Part shown: piece by piece, positions 19,829 through 29,688 of the stretch
Layout of the letters: the number at the start of each line of letters is the position of its first letter
Position numbering within the stretch: the stretch's first letter is position 1
From: an uncultured Catenibacterium sp.
GTDB taxonomy: Bacteria; Bacillota_I; Bacilli_A; Erysipelotrichales; Coprobacillaceae
DNA length: 64,000 bases
Direction: 5' to 3' (one strand)
NCBI RefSeq assembly: GCF_900540685.1
Contig: NZ_UQGS01000001.1
Notes under the pieces: model-generated
The model's database searches: none
Seen by the model: the letters and a program-made list of their open reading frames with translations, nothing else
What the model was told of the DNA's origin: nothing
Made by a program: the position numbers and the translations under genes

Positions 19829-20971
19829 TCAGTTAAGTTCTTCTATTTTGTCTAATTGACATAAACCCATTTGTAGTAACTGATCATGATAATATGTACA
19901 TTTGATTGTATGTGGAGAAATACCATAGAGACGTAAGTCATCCTCATGTTTATGAAGATTACGTCTTGTCTTCTTATCAAATGTTGTTGTATTAACCATA
20001 ATCTGCTGAACTATACGCACTGTTTGTTCACTGTCTTCTCCATCAAATAGTGGATAAACAGCTGTTTTACTAGCATATCCACTTCCTCCACCTAGAAATA
20101 CAGATTCATCATCTATGTACTGAACTGCAGTGAATGGTTCAACAAAATACTTATTATAATTGTCATCAAAGTAGTTAATGGATTCTAAAATATCCTCTTT
20201 AGTATATGGACAGATGCTTGTATCAATAGTAACTGTAAATACAATGTCTGTACCAGGCTTTAAGCACTCTCTTACTGAAGGTAAGTTTTTAGCCCCCTTC
20301 TTAACATGTACATCTACTTTTTGAGCTAATGTAAGATCTTCTACTGATAATGGTTCACTATCACTCACAATAAATCCAGCCATTATATCATTGACTGCAT
20401 CATCATACTTTGTATCTGGTCTATGTAATGTTCTAAAGGTTTTTGCTTCAATATCCTGGATATTTCTAGATAAATATCTCTTTTTGTTGGTTTCTTTTTC
20501 AAATACTTTCTCTTTGAACTGCTTTCTTTGAATCGTATAATCCTTTGAATGATTAATTAATCTATCTGCAAGAAAGATTGTTCTAAACATACCTTTAAGA
20601 GAACTACCTGGAACATAAGGATTTCCATAAGGATCCTTTACAAACTCCAACATGACATTTCTTCTTTTCGTTTCTTCGATATCCCCTTTATCCAAAGTAT
20701 ACTTAATACATTTATCAATAATAGAATTATTAATCTGATTCTTCTTTATCCAAACACCTAAATTTTCATGTTCATCTAACATAAAAGCTTCAAAAGAATT
20801 GAGCTTATTGATTTTCTTTAGTTCTAGATAAAACTTTGCGATATCAATGACTGCAATCTGATTATTCTTATAGAACAAGTATTCCTTTTTAGATAATTCT
20901 TTCCCACTCCCAATAAATACAGGGCCTACTACTTTTAAATGTATACGATAAGACTTTAAATAGTTCTTCAT
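19829..20971 (-). CDS. csm5: Csm5 (Cas7-family RAMP)
   Basis: 380 aa RAMP with G-rich loop PGSSLKGMFRTIF. Position after csm4. Confidence 0.75.
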   Translation of the reverse strand: MKNYLKSYRIHLKVVGPVFIGSGKELSKKEYLFYKNNQIAVIDIAKFYLELKKINKLNSFEAFMLDEHENLGVWIKKNQINNSIIDKCIKYTLDKGDIEETKRRNVMLEFVKDPYGNPYVPGSSLKGMFRTIFLADRLINHSKDYTIQRKQFKEKVFEKETNKKRYLSRNIQDIEAKTFRTLHRPDTKYDDAVNDIMAGFIVSDSEPLSVEDLTLAQKVDVHVKKGAKNLPSVRECLKPGTDIVFTVTIDTSICPYTKEDILESINYFDDNYNKYFVEPFTAVQYIDDESVFLGGGSGYASKTAVYPLFDGEDSEQTVRIVQQIMVNTTTFDKKTRRNLHKHEDDLRLYGISPHTIKCTYYHDQLLQMGLCQLDKIEELN

Positions 20972-21897
20972 ACTTCTACCCCCATAAATAATGGTTTTGC
21001 ATACTTATACACAGAATGGTTCCCACCTGAAGATACATCATAAACATCTCCCTCATAAGTCTTATTAAAGCAAGAACCTGCTTTAAATAAGTAAATATCT
21101 TTCTTTCTACGCTGTTCTTTAGAATAAGTATATGAGTCTACGAAACCACTTCTTTTTACAAGTAAATAACGTGAATCATCTAAAACATCATCTAGTTCAT
21201 CTTCTGTAGGAAGAGATACTGAGAGCGTCATGACTTCACCTTTTGTATTAAGACGTTTATTTAATTCTTTTGGTAATTCTGCTATTTCTAAATCAAAGTG
21301 TCCTAAGCCAGAATTCTTCTTACCACCAATACCTGATAAACTTAACATTTCGAATAATTCATCAAATAAGTCTAATATTTCTTGAGAATCATAACCTACA
21401 ACTATATATAAGCCATTCTCTTCTTTAAATCGATAAATACCTACACGATAAGGAACTGCTTCTTCGTTTCCTCTAATTGATGCAGAAGTTTTTAATGCAT
21501 GTACACCTAATTTTTTAATATCAGAACCTTTATTAATAGGATATTGTCCTTTAAGATACTGATCTAATAAAGAAACCTGTATATATTCTAGTTTCTTAAA
21601 CTTCTTACGTGTTGTCATATCTTCACTTTGAACCACCTGTTCAATCTTCTTCATTGGTTTAGGAATAAAAAACTCTTGATTCATATAAGGAAATGCATCA
21701 GAGAATACCAAATGATTCTCTTTAACACTTTTTAATAATGTCTCTAACTTATCAATCTTAAGTGCTTCTATACATAAAGCAGAAAAGAGAGTATCTGCCT
21801 GAAAAGTGATTTCTGATTTTTCTAAGGAATGTTCACCAAAATGTACACCCTGTGTAAAAATCATTTTATAAATCTTATAGTTCATGGTGCCTACCAC
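20968..21897 (-). CDS. csm4: Csm4 (Cas5-family RAMP)
   Basis: 309 aa. RAMP-like N-terminus (FTQGVHFGE) and glycine-rich segment SGIGGKKNSGLGHF. Gene order supports the call. Confidence 0.75.
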   Translation of the reverse strand: MVGTMNYKIYKMIFTQGVHFGEHSLEKSEITFQADTLFSALCIEALKIDKLETLLKSVKENHLVFSDAFPYMNQEFFIPKPMKKIEQVVQSEDMTTRKKFKKLEYIQVSLLDQYLKGQYPINKGSDIKKLGVHALKTSASIRGNEEAVPYRVGIYRFKEENGLYIVVGYDSQEILDLFDELFEMLSLSGIGGKKNSGLGHFDLEIAELPKELNKRLNTKGEVMTLSVSLPTEDELDDVLDDSRYLLVKRSGFVDSYTYSKEQRRKKDIYLFKAGSCFNKTYEGDVYDVSSGGNHSVYKYAKPLFMGVEV

Positions 21898-21903
21898 CTT
21901 TCA

Positions 21904-22611
21904 TTATTGAGATACTTTACTTAAAATCTCATTGATTTTATCTTTTACACTCTTATCTAATTGACCAATTGCTGCTTTTGCATGTAAATTAGTGAATTTA
22001 ACTTTACCATATCCTCTAGAACCACTACCACCTAAATAATCAAACTGAAGCATCTTGAAGGCTTCTGCAATGAGTTCAATATCTTCATATAAATCATCCA
22101 TATTATCTACTTCATAAAGGATATCTAAATCAAATTCTGAACCTCTTACAACTCTTTCAATCTGTCTTGGATTCGCAACTGCAGTAGCACGGTTAATTGT
22201 ATTTTCAAACTTAACTTCTGTTAAGCTGTTTAGACCTTTATTTCTTAATTCATCAGCATTAGAAAGAATCATATCAGAAATCTGGATTCTACTCTTTTTT
22301 ATATGATTCTTTTCGGCACTACCAAATACTCTTTTGATTCTTTCACAATCCTGATCAGGTTTATCCGCAACTGATTCATTATATTCTTTCGCAAGTAGTG
22401 TACGCATCTTTCCTTTTAATGAGCTTCCTGGAATCATTGGACAACCTGAAAGTACATCTTTAATAACTGGAGAATCAACTGCACCAATTGCAGCAAAAGC
22501 TGACGAACCTCCAATATGCATTCCTGTTAATACTTCAATTTTTCCTTTAATCTGAATTTTTGTATACATAATCCTACTGATCCTTTCCACCATGATATTT
22601 ATGGAATGCAA
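21904..22611 (-). CDS. csm3: Csm3 (Cas7 backbone subunit)
   Basis: Csm3 signature IKGKIEVLTGMHIGG...PVIKD...PMIPGSSLKGKMRTLL. The true start is probably the internal Met (MYTKIQIKGK) near 22569. Confidence 0.85.
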   Translation of the reverse strand: MHSINIMVERISRIMYTKIQIKGKIEVLTGMHIGGSSAFAAIGAVDSPVIKDVLSGCPMIPGSSLKGKMRTLLAKEYNESVADKPDQDCERIKRVFGSAEKNHIKKSRIQISDMILSNADELRNKGLNSLTEVKFENTINRATAVANPRQIERVVRGSEFDLDILYEVDNMDDLYEDIELIAEAFKMLQFDYLGGSGSRGYGKVKFTNLHAKAAIGQLDKSVKDKINEILSKVSQ

Positions 22612-22951
22612 CTAATGCTTCCATATACTGATAATATTGAATATATCTTTTTCTAGTTTTAATACTTTTTAAGAAAGGAAGAAGCTTAGCTGTTTCAATA
22701 AAGCTTTTCACTTTCTCATCTCGACCTGCTTCATAATAGAATCTTACTGTGAGATAACTTACTCTATCTAATAATTCTTCAGATAAGTTCTCTTCTGGGT
22801 ATTCTAATACTTCATTGAGGATATCTGCAGACATAGCCAATAAGTTTCTAATTTGTGAAACTGTTAATAATCCAACAGGTTTCCCCCTCTGATTCTTTTT
22901 TGTTTTTAATACTTTAATTGTATTTTCTACTTTATCTAGATCTAAACTCAT
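22574..22951 (-). CDS. csm2: Csm2 small subunit
   Basis: 125 aa alpha-helical protein between cas10 and csm3. Assigned by size and position. Confidence 0.65.
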   Translation of the reverse strand: MSLDLDKVENTIKVLKTKKNQRGKPVGLLTVSQIRNLLAMSADILNEVLEYPEENLSEELLDRVSYLTVRFYYEAGRDEKVKSFIETAKLLPFLKSIKTRKRYIQYYQYMEALVAFHKYHGGKDQ

Positions 22952-22954
22952 AAA

Positions 22955-25303
22955 CTACTCCTCACTTTCTCTTAGAGAATAAACAAATATGTTAATAGCT
23001 GTCTTTAGTTCACGACAGTCTTTTTCATTTTGATACCACTTATACATATGATCTGAGAATTCTTTATATGCTTCTTTTTCAGCTATAGTTGCTTTAGAAT
23101 TAGGTTCCATTCTTGCAAGTAAGTAAACAAATCTCGCAAAGTTAATTCCTTCATTTCTCTTTCTAATTAACTCTAATAAGTGATATAAGAACGCTTTTCC
23201 TCTTTCTGTATCAGACTTATCACCATTCATAGACTTTCCAAAGAACTGGTCTAATACTGCATATTTCTCTTTAATAACTCTTTCTGTAAAGTCACCCCAG
23301 GTATATGTACCATCACTAATATGATCTTCTTCACCTTCTTTATGATCTTTACCATCTTCAAATAATGTGATTGAATTCTTACCTTCATGACCTTTAGACT
23401 TATCTTCCATTTCTGCCACTTCATCAGCAATAACACTAATTGGATAAGTAGATGTATATAAACCAATACCACCTGATATAGTGAGTGTATTTTCTGTATA
23501 AGCCTTTAAAGAATCTTTTATATCAACAGCAAGTTCAATGACATCATTCCATGCACCAACTATAAATAAGTCATCTCCACCTGAATAAACAATAGCTGCA
23601 TGACGTGGATGACCTTCTTCATAATCAATATAATAAGACCCTTTCTCTAAAATACTCTTGATATGATATTTAAAGAATAAAGATAACTGTCTTGATAATG
23701 TGGCTGTACGAGAGAGTGTCATATACTTATCTGGAAAACCTGCTACAAAGGCATGTCCTAAGTTATCTACATCCGCTCTAAGTACAGCAATTCTCTTGAT
23801 ACCTTTTGATTTCTCAGCCAACTTTACAAATTCATCTTCAGAATGATAATCCCCTACCCATAGTTTAGTAGAAATACTCTTACCTGTATGAGGGTTATTC
23901 TTACAATAGGCTCTTACAAAAGAGTCATCGTTGACCATTCTTTCTTTTAGAGTTTCTTCACTATCAGATACAAGGTAATAGTCACCAGGTAATGGTAAAC
24001 CCTGTTTACTTTGTTTAGTGATAGAGAAGAAATCCATATCCATTAATTTCTTAGAGAATTTAATTAAAGATTCACAGATAGAACATTCTCCATTCTCATT
24101 CACTTTGCCTAGTCTCTTACATACTCTACATTCTCTTTCATAGTCATCTGCCTGTATCTTGTTTAATGCGATGATTTCTGTGGCTGTATAACGATGAGAT
24201 TTGTTTAATGAAAGCTTTGTAGAGAGATCTCTATAAAGTGCTGAATAAGAACCGTTTGGTTCATTCTGTAGATCTTTACTACTGCAAGGAACATAAGCAC
24301 CTGCAATATATAGAGCTGTCTGGAAGTGTTTTAAGAACCACTTATTCACATTATTGATTTCTTCATCAAATAGTGTTTGTGTTTCTTTCGTATTAGGCAG
24401 AATCATATAGCAATGACCACCACCACTATAAATAAGATTGGCACGTGAAAGATGAAGTTTATCTAATAGTGTATCAATAATATGTTCCATCATGATTTCT
24501 AGATAGAAAGAACGTGAACGTAAAGATTTCAATGCACTCTTAGTTGTAATAGTGTAAATAAACTTCTGTATTCCAGAGATATCTAGTGAAGCAAGTAAGA
24601 ATGCTTTCTTATCATAGAATAGAGATGCATTCTTATATAACTCTGTCTTGTAATCAGTAATATTTTGTTTCTTTAAGTAGGCATAGATAGCACTGGCGAA
24701 TGCAGCTGTGAGTTTTACATGATCATATAGTGATATATCAGCCACTTCTTTCTTAGATGTAGAAGAAGGCACAAATGATAAATTGGCTTCTAATACTTCT
24801 AATAATGAATTGATATAAGCATGATCTTTTAAATCTAATCCATTCAAGTTAGAAGATATATTACTTAATATTTCACTGTATTGTGATGGATTGAATTCTG
24901 TTTTTGTATTGGTAGGATAGTTGATATTATCCTTTAAACTTCCAGCATGATAATATAAATTACCTTTATTCCCATTTAAGAGATTAAATACAGGTTGTAA
25001 TGCAGTATGTATTTCAAATCCTTTGTCTTCTATTTCTTTGTTTCTTCTATCTGCACCAGAAGCGATATTATCCGCAATATAAGTAATATACGCAATAGAA
25101 TCATCTTCAATAGAAGATTGACGTAAAGCATCAGCATGATGATATCTTACTGCATTTAGAATATCTTTATCATCTGTATACTCTTTAAGATACTCATAAC
25201 CACTTTGACTATGTTTACGACTATCCATTCCTTTTCTATAAACAACTTTACCTATATCATGAAGCAAGCTTCCTATGATGATTTTAGTTTCATGATCTGT
25301 CAT
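22955..25303 (-). CDS. cas10: Cas10/Csm1 large subunit
   Basis: 782 aa. N-terminal HD motif (IIIGSLLHDIGKVVYR). Intact cyclase GGDD motif (IVYSGGDDLFIVGAW). Cys-rich treble-clef segment (CRVCKRL...CSIC). Confidence 0.9.
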   Translation of the reverse strand: MTDHETKIIIGSLLHDIGKVVYRKGMDSRKHSQSGYEYLKEYTDDKDILNAVRYHHADALRQSSIEDDSIAYITYIADNIASGADRRNKEIEDKGFEIHTALQPVFNLLNGNKGNLYYHAGSLKDNINYPTNTKTEFNPSQYSEILSNISSNLNGLDLKDHAYINSLLEVLEANLSFVPSSTSKKEVADISLYDHVKLTAAFASAIYAYLKKQNITDYKTELYKNASLFYDKKAFLLASLDISGIQKFIYTITTKSALKSLRSRSFYLEIMMEHIIDTLLDKLHLSRANLIYSGGGHCYMILPNTKETQTLFDEEINNVNKWFLKHFQTALYIAGAYVPCSSKDLQNEPNGSYSALYRDLSTKLSLNKSHRYTATEIIALNKIQADDYERECRVCKRLGKVNENGECSICESLIKFSKKLMDMDFFSITKQSKQGLPLPGDYYLVSDSEETLKERMVNDDSFVRAYCKNNPHTGKSISTKLWVGDYHSEDEFVKLAEKSKGIKRIAVLRADVDNLGHAFVAGFPDKYMTLSRTATLSRQLSLFFKYHIKSILEKGSYYIDYEEGHPRHAAIVYSGGDDLFIVGAWNDVIELAVDIKDSLKAYTENTLTISGGIGLYTSTYPISVIADEVAEMEDKSKGHEGKNSITLFEDGKDHKEGEEDHISDGTYTWGDFTERVIKEKYAVLDQFFGKSMNGDKSDTERGKAFLYHLLELIRKRNEGINFARFVYLLARMEPNSKATIAEKEAYKEFSDHMYKWYQNEKDCRELKTAINIFVYSLRESEE

Positions 25304-26043
25304 CCATTATCCCTCCTTACGATTTGTATAGCGCCCATTCCTAAACCTGTTTTAATACCTACACCAGAATATTCCCCAAATTCTAGTAATAGTCTTATAA
25401 ACTTTGCAGCTGTATCAGTACTTGTGACTTTAATAGTCATAGTACCAAAGAAAGAAGGAATTTTTACTCCCTGTAAGGGGAATAAATAAGAGCGAAGATT
25501 ATATTTTACTATCTCACTTCCTTCTACAAGCATATCTAATGTATCTTCATCAAACATACTGGCTTCTTTAAGTACAGAATCATATTTATTCATTAAACTC
25601 TGATAAATTAAGCGTAAATCAGGATAGTTGATATATCTGCAATAGCTTTTAAAAGACATAGGTGTAAGTATTCTTATTTCTAAATATCTTTCTGCAGGTT
25701 TATTGTAGAAGTGATCCATTAATTGTTCCTGGGATACCATCTTTAACTGTTTAGAAACAAATGAAATGGGTTCTTTTTCTTTATTTAAAGTAATCTGCTG
25801 GATAGAATCATCCAATATTGGATTCATCATATAGTGTGATGAATCCTCATCACATGTACATATTGTCCAATATACTTTGTCTTTGTCTTTATAAACATAT
25901 TGGCTATAAGGATGTCTATTCTGTTGGTGAAGAATAGATACATAGTCTGTATCCATTAATTCAAATAGTGCTCCTTGAAAACAAGAAGACTTTCTAAAGT
26001 CTATTTTGTCTGTAGCCAGTTCTATTTTTAGTTTCTTATACAT
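25300..26043 (-). CDS. cas6: Cas6 crRNA endoribonuclease
   Basis: 247 aa. C-terminal glycine-rich loop GIKTGLGMGAIQ typical of Cas6. First gene of the operon. Overlaps the cas10 start by 4 bp. Confidence 0.75.
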   Translation of the reverse strand: MYKKLKIELATDKIDFRKSSCFQGALFELMDTDYVSILHQQNRHPYSQYVYKDKDKVYWTICTCDEDSSHYMMNPILDDSIQQITLNKEKEPISFVSKQLKMVSQEQLMDHFYNKPAERYLEIRILTPMSFKSYCRYINYPDLRLIYQSLMNKYDSVLKEASMFDEDTLDMLVEGSEIVKYNLRSYLFPLQGVKIPSFFGTMTIKVTSTDTAAKFIRLLLEFGEYSGVGIKTGLGMGAIQIVRRDNG

Positions 26044-26397
26044 CAGGTTCCCTCCTCAATAATGTATACGCTTACTATATTATAACATAATATTTATTGT
26101 ATCCTTTCATCCACCATCCGATAATTGTAACTTTCATTGTTTAAATGAGATGAATATTTTATCGAATAGTTTATTATATAGTATTTTGTTTTGTTTTCAA
26201 ATAATTATTTAAAATTTAGTAAAAATTGGGAATAAAATACTCCTACTCCTTTACAGTATGAGTAAAGGAGTAAATTAGAATATCAGATAAAGTATGGGAT
26301 AAAGACACAATTAGAGAAGAATTAAGAAATCTATGCATAACCTACAACAATAAAATGAGATGTTTAAGTACTTTATAGGTTATTGAACATTATCAGA

Positions 26398-26430
26398 TTG
26401 TTAAAAAACATCCTCTAGGGGATGTTTTTT
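26398..26430. terminator. Palindromic terminator-like hairpin at the leader-distal end of array 3
   Basis: aaaaaacatcctctaggggatgttttttt. A/T runs on both sides, so it could be bidirectional. Confidence 0.5.
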
Positions 26431-26834
26431 TGTGTGTCCCCTAAAGGGGTTAGCTATTATGAATAATTCAAGTTGCTCAAAAGCTTGAGAAAGAACGAGA
26501 AGCAAAGTTTCCGTCCCCAACAGGGGTTAACTATTATGAATTTTATCCAAATGATACATACATAAAAAAAGGAATTATCAGGTTTCCGTCCCCAACAGGG
26601 GTTAACTATTATGAATCGTATCAAACAGTTCGAATGTGACAAGAAAGTCAACAACGTTTCCGTCCCCAACAGGGGTTAACTATTATGAATTATCGATATC
26701 AAGAAGAGTGGAGATAACGGGAATCTCCGTTTCCGTCCCCAACAGGGGTTAACTATTATGAATAACGCTTCACTACATCTATGCTTTTTGTAGTGTCAAG
26801 TTTCCGTCCCCAACAGGGGTTAACTATTATGAAT
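26430..26834 (-). CRISPR. CRISPR array 3 (6 repeats incl. degenerate terminal repeat, 5 spacers), upstream of cas6
   Basis: Repeat gtttccgtccccaacaggggttaactattatgaat (T-variant, same as array 1). The terminal repeat at 26430-26464 is degenerate (gtgtcccctaaaggggttagctattatgaat). Leader at the high-coordinate end. Confidence 0.9.
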
Positions 26835-27030
26835 CCTTACCTACAAAACCCTGATAAACACTACATAAAATAGCCAAAATGCGTGGCAAAACAACTTTTA
26901 GTAATCATAACCATAAAATATTCCACAAAACGTTAATTTTTCCCAGTATTTATCAATAGCGTGGCAAAAATACAAATAAGAGTGTTCTTACATCATTAAG
27001 AACACTCTTATCATACTTCAGTCAATTAAC
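26835..27030 (-). promoter_or_regulatory. CRISPR leader of array 3
   Basis: Near-identical to 16913-17099. Palindrome 26979-27008, followed on the minus strand by cttatttgtattttt (terminator-like). Two GCGTGGCAAAA boxes. Confidence 0.75.
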
Positions 27031-27075
27031 TCTTTCAATAATAATCCTGATATTTCAGAACTAATCAGACCTTTC

Positions 27076-28539
27076 TTAATCTAGAAAATATGCTGCTACT
27101 TTATCTTTACCAACTAATATTTCTTCAGTTGGAACACCACATGATTTAGCTAACTCAATAGATCCTTCAAACGCAAGAGATATATCTGGTGCAAATGCCT
27201 TATCAAGTAATTCCATAAATATCTGCATATCTTTACCCATTTCATCTACAAACTCTTGATACTGTTCATTGAGTTCTTTATCCACAATATATATCGATCT
27301 TCTATACTCTTCAAATATCTTCTGTTCATAAGATGAGAAGTTATCTTTTGCAATCTGATACATCATAGTTCCTACTGTATTACCAATAACTGCACCTATA
27401 ACTGGTACAGGAATAAGTACTTGTCCTGCAAATGAAGATAGTGCACTTACTGATGCATCCAAGCACAACATTTCAGAATTTTCTATAAATGTTTGTTCGT
27501 CTATTTGTCCTTGTTTTAATTGATAAACTTGATCTGCCACTCCAAAAGATGCTGTTACTATAGCACTCGCTACTGCTGCAGGTGTTGCACTATAGTTAGA
27601 AAGTGTATAAATTGATGCACCTCTAATACCACCCTTTAAAGTGCCTTTTCCTGTTGCTCCTGCAATATCTTTCCAATCATCACCATTGAAATCTTTAAGT
27701 TTCTTTCCTTCTTTTCTCTTTTTATTGATTTCTAAGCATAATGATGAAGCTCCTTCAATTCCTGCAGAAACAACTGTTGCTTTTACGCCTTCAGATAATT
27801 TAGGTGCAGCTTCCTCTTTTGCATGAGCTACTCTTTCCTTATTTGTTTTCTTTAAGCTATCAACTTCTTTTGAAAAAGTCTCCTCATATTTACCTTTCTG
27901 AACCTCATCATATCTTAATTTAGATGGTTCTACTTTTTCAAAAGGAATATCTCCTTCTTCAAAGAACTTATGCACTTCTTTCCACTGTTTCAATGAAAAT
28001 TCACCTGTAGAAGTAGGCATCTTATTAGCCTTTTCCTCTGGAATAGAGAGTAGCCATTTAATTCTATCATAATGGTCCTTTGGAATTTGATAAGCTTTAT
28101 TGTTATCTAAATAGTCTGGATATTGATTAAAATGTTGACGAATAGCATATAGTGATAAATGCCCACCTGAATTCACAAATTTCTGTTGAATCAATATATT
28201 TCCTCTTTGCAAATCATCAGGACCATTATCATTAATCCACTTATAGATAGGAACTTTACCCACTATCTGTTCTCGTGCGTTACCAATACCACATTCTGAA
28301 ACTTCTGCAATAAACCCATGCATTCCCTTTACGCCACCACGACCTTTTCCATTATTAACTATATCTACACTAATTTTATTTAATGTTTCGTTTATAGTAG
28401 CCATAGCTTCATTTAAATTAGATTGTTCTTGCTTCAACACCTCATCCATCTGATTCAAGCGTACTTGATTTAAATAGTTAATCCAGGAAGCAACAGCTTG
28501 TTCCTGTCCACTTTTAATAATTGTAGTCTTATCCATCAT
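27076..28539 (-). CDS. Hypothetical coiled-coil protein with Gly/Ala/Val-rich hydrophobic core segment
   Basis: 487 aa. N-terminal helical region with G-rich patch (NNGKGRGGVKGMHGFIAEVSECGIGNAREQ). Hydrophobic stretches AAVASAIVTASFGVA and SALSSFAGQVLIPVPVIGAVIGNTVGTMM. No signal peptide. Family not recognisable. Confidence 0.5.
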   Translation of the reverse strand: MMDKTTIIKSGQEQAVASWINYLNQVRLNQMDEVLKQEQSNLNEAMATINETLNKISVDIVNNGKGRGGVKGMHGFIAEVSECGIGNAREQIVGKVPIYKWINDNGPDDLQRGNILIQQKFVNSGGHLSLYAIRQHFNQYPDYLDNNKAYQIPKDHYDRIKWLLSIPEEKANKMPTSTGEFSLKQWKEVHKFFEEGDIPFEKVEPSKLRYDEVQKGKYEETFSKEVDSLKKTNKERVAHAKEEAAPKLSEGVKATVVSAGIEGASSLCLEINKKRKEGKKLKDFNGDDWKDIAGATGKGTLKGGIRGASIYTLSNYSATPAAVASAIVTASFGVADQVYQLKQGQIDEQTFIENSEMLCLDASVSALSSFAGQVLIPVPVIGAVIGNTVGTMMYQIAKDNFSSYEQKIFEEYRRSIYIVDKELNEQYQEFVDEMGKDMQIFMELLDKAFAPDISLAFEGSIELAKSCGVPTEEILVGKDKVAAYFLD

Positions 28540-28544
28540 TTACA

Positions 28545-29675
28545 CTACACCTCTACATTCTCACTAAGTGTTGCAGCAAGTGACTTTGCATTATTCACAA
28601 GAGTCCCCAACAACATTTGTTGGTCTTCAGATAGTTCTAAGAAATTCTTTCCATAACAAGGCATACACTGACCATATTGAGTATTCAACATTTCTCTTAA
28701 CTTTGATGTCTTATCAAGTAATTGTTTAACTGCATAATTAATCTCTTTAATAGATTCTACATTACGTAAAACTGCTTCAATCTCTTCTTTTTTCTCTTTG
28801 CCTAACTTCATCTTCTTATTAGCAAATAACACCACTGAAGCAAGTAATGTAGCACCACTAATAGACCATCCAACAGGTCCTGCAAGAGCTAAGAATGCAT
28901 TTCCTGCAGCCATTCCTCCACCACCAGCTGCTAGAGCACCCCCTCCAAGCCAAGCTAATTTTGCACTTGTTGCTGCAGCACCTGATAAAGCTGATATAGC
29001 TGTTCCTGTAGATGCTGTACCAAATGTTGTCGCAACCCACATTGCTGCACTAGGTGCTAAACTTGCAACAGCAACACCACATGATAATCCTGCTCCTACA
29101 CTTAATGCGGATTTCTTTGCTGCACTTAATTCATCTACAGCATAGTCACATACATCTTTAAACTTCTTCTTTTCTACTTGAATATCCTGAAGATCTACAT
29201 CAAAACTCTTAGGATGATTCGCAATACTATTAATCAATATTTCTACATTATTCAACACATCTACTGAACGTTCTCTTTGTCTTAATATAGATGAACCATA
29301 GCCTTCAAACTCTGCATATTCCGCATTATACTTATTCACCGCATCATGTAATTGATCGTCAAGACTGACTTCTTTATGGTCTTTAAAATCTTCAACAGAT
29401 TTCTTAAAAGATTCAGCACCTCTATAAAGCATATCTCCACCATCTTTAAGTCCTTGAGATACAAATGAAGCACCATCTTTTGCACCTTGAGAAACTGTAT
29501 CAAATATTTCAGTACCCATTTTCTGTATATCAATATCTTTTAATTTATCTCCTGCAGCATCACTTAGTTCCTTAGCACGCTTATCTATCTCTGCATCAGA
29601 AACTGCTTTAACTACTTTCACTCTTGCATCATCAATTCCATCTTTGACATCATCAATCATTTTACTGATCTTCAT
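28545..29675 (-). CDS. Hypothetical coiled-coil protein with ~95-aa glycine-zipper hydrophobic core
   Basis: 376 aa. Charged, helical N- and C-terminal thirds flank LSVGAGLSCGVAVASLAPSAAMWVATTFGTASTGTAISALSGAAATSAKLAWLGGGALAAGGGGMAAGNAFLALAGPVGWSISGATLLASVVLFA. 6-bp spacing to the downstream gene. Confidence 0.5.
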   Translation of the reverse strand: MKISKMIDDVKDGIDDARVKVVKAVSDAEIDKRAKELSDAAGDKLKDIDIQKMGTEIFDTVSQGAKDGASFVSQGLKDGGDMLYRGAESFKKSVEDFKDHKEVSLDDQLHDAVNKYNAEYAEFEGYGSSILRQRERSVDVLNNVEILINSIANHPKSFDVDLQDIQVEKKKFKDVCDYAVDELSAAKKSALSVGAGLSCGVAVASLAPSAAMWVATTFGTASTGTAISALSGAAATSAKLAWLGGGALAAGGGGMAAGNAFLALAGPVGWSISGATLLASVVLFANKKMKLGKEKKEEIEAVLRNVESIKEINYAVKQLLDKTSKLREMLNTQYGQCMPCYGKNFLELSEDQQMLLGTLVNNAKSLAATLSENVEV

Positions 29676-29688
29676 AAGTTCTTCCCTC

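Noticed and set aside
26457-26669. 70-aa ORF on the minus strand
   Set aside because: Inside CRISPR array 3. The repeated IIVNPCWGRK peptide is a repeat translation.
28798-29145. 115-aa plus-strand Ala/Pro-rich ORF
   Set aside because: Antisense to the Gly/Ala-rich core of the 28545..29675 gene. GC-rich Gly/Ala codons leave the opposite strand open.
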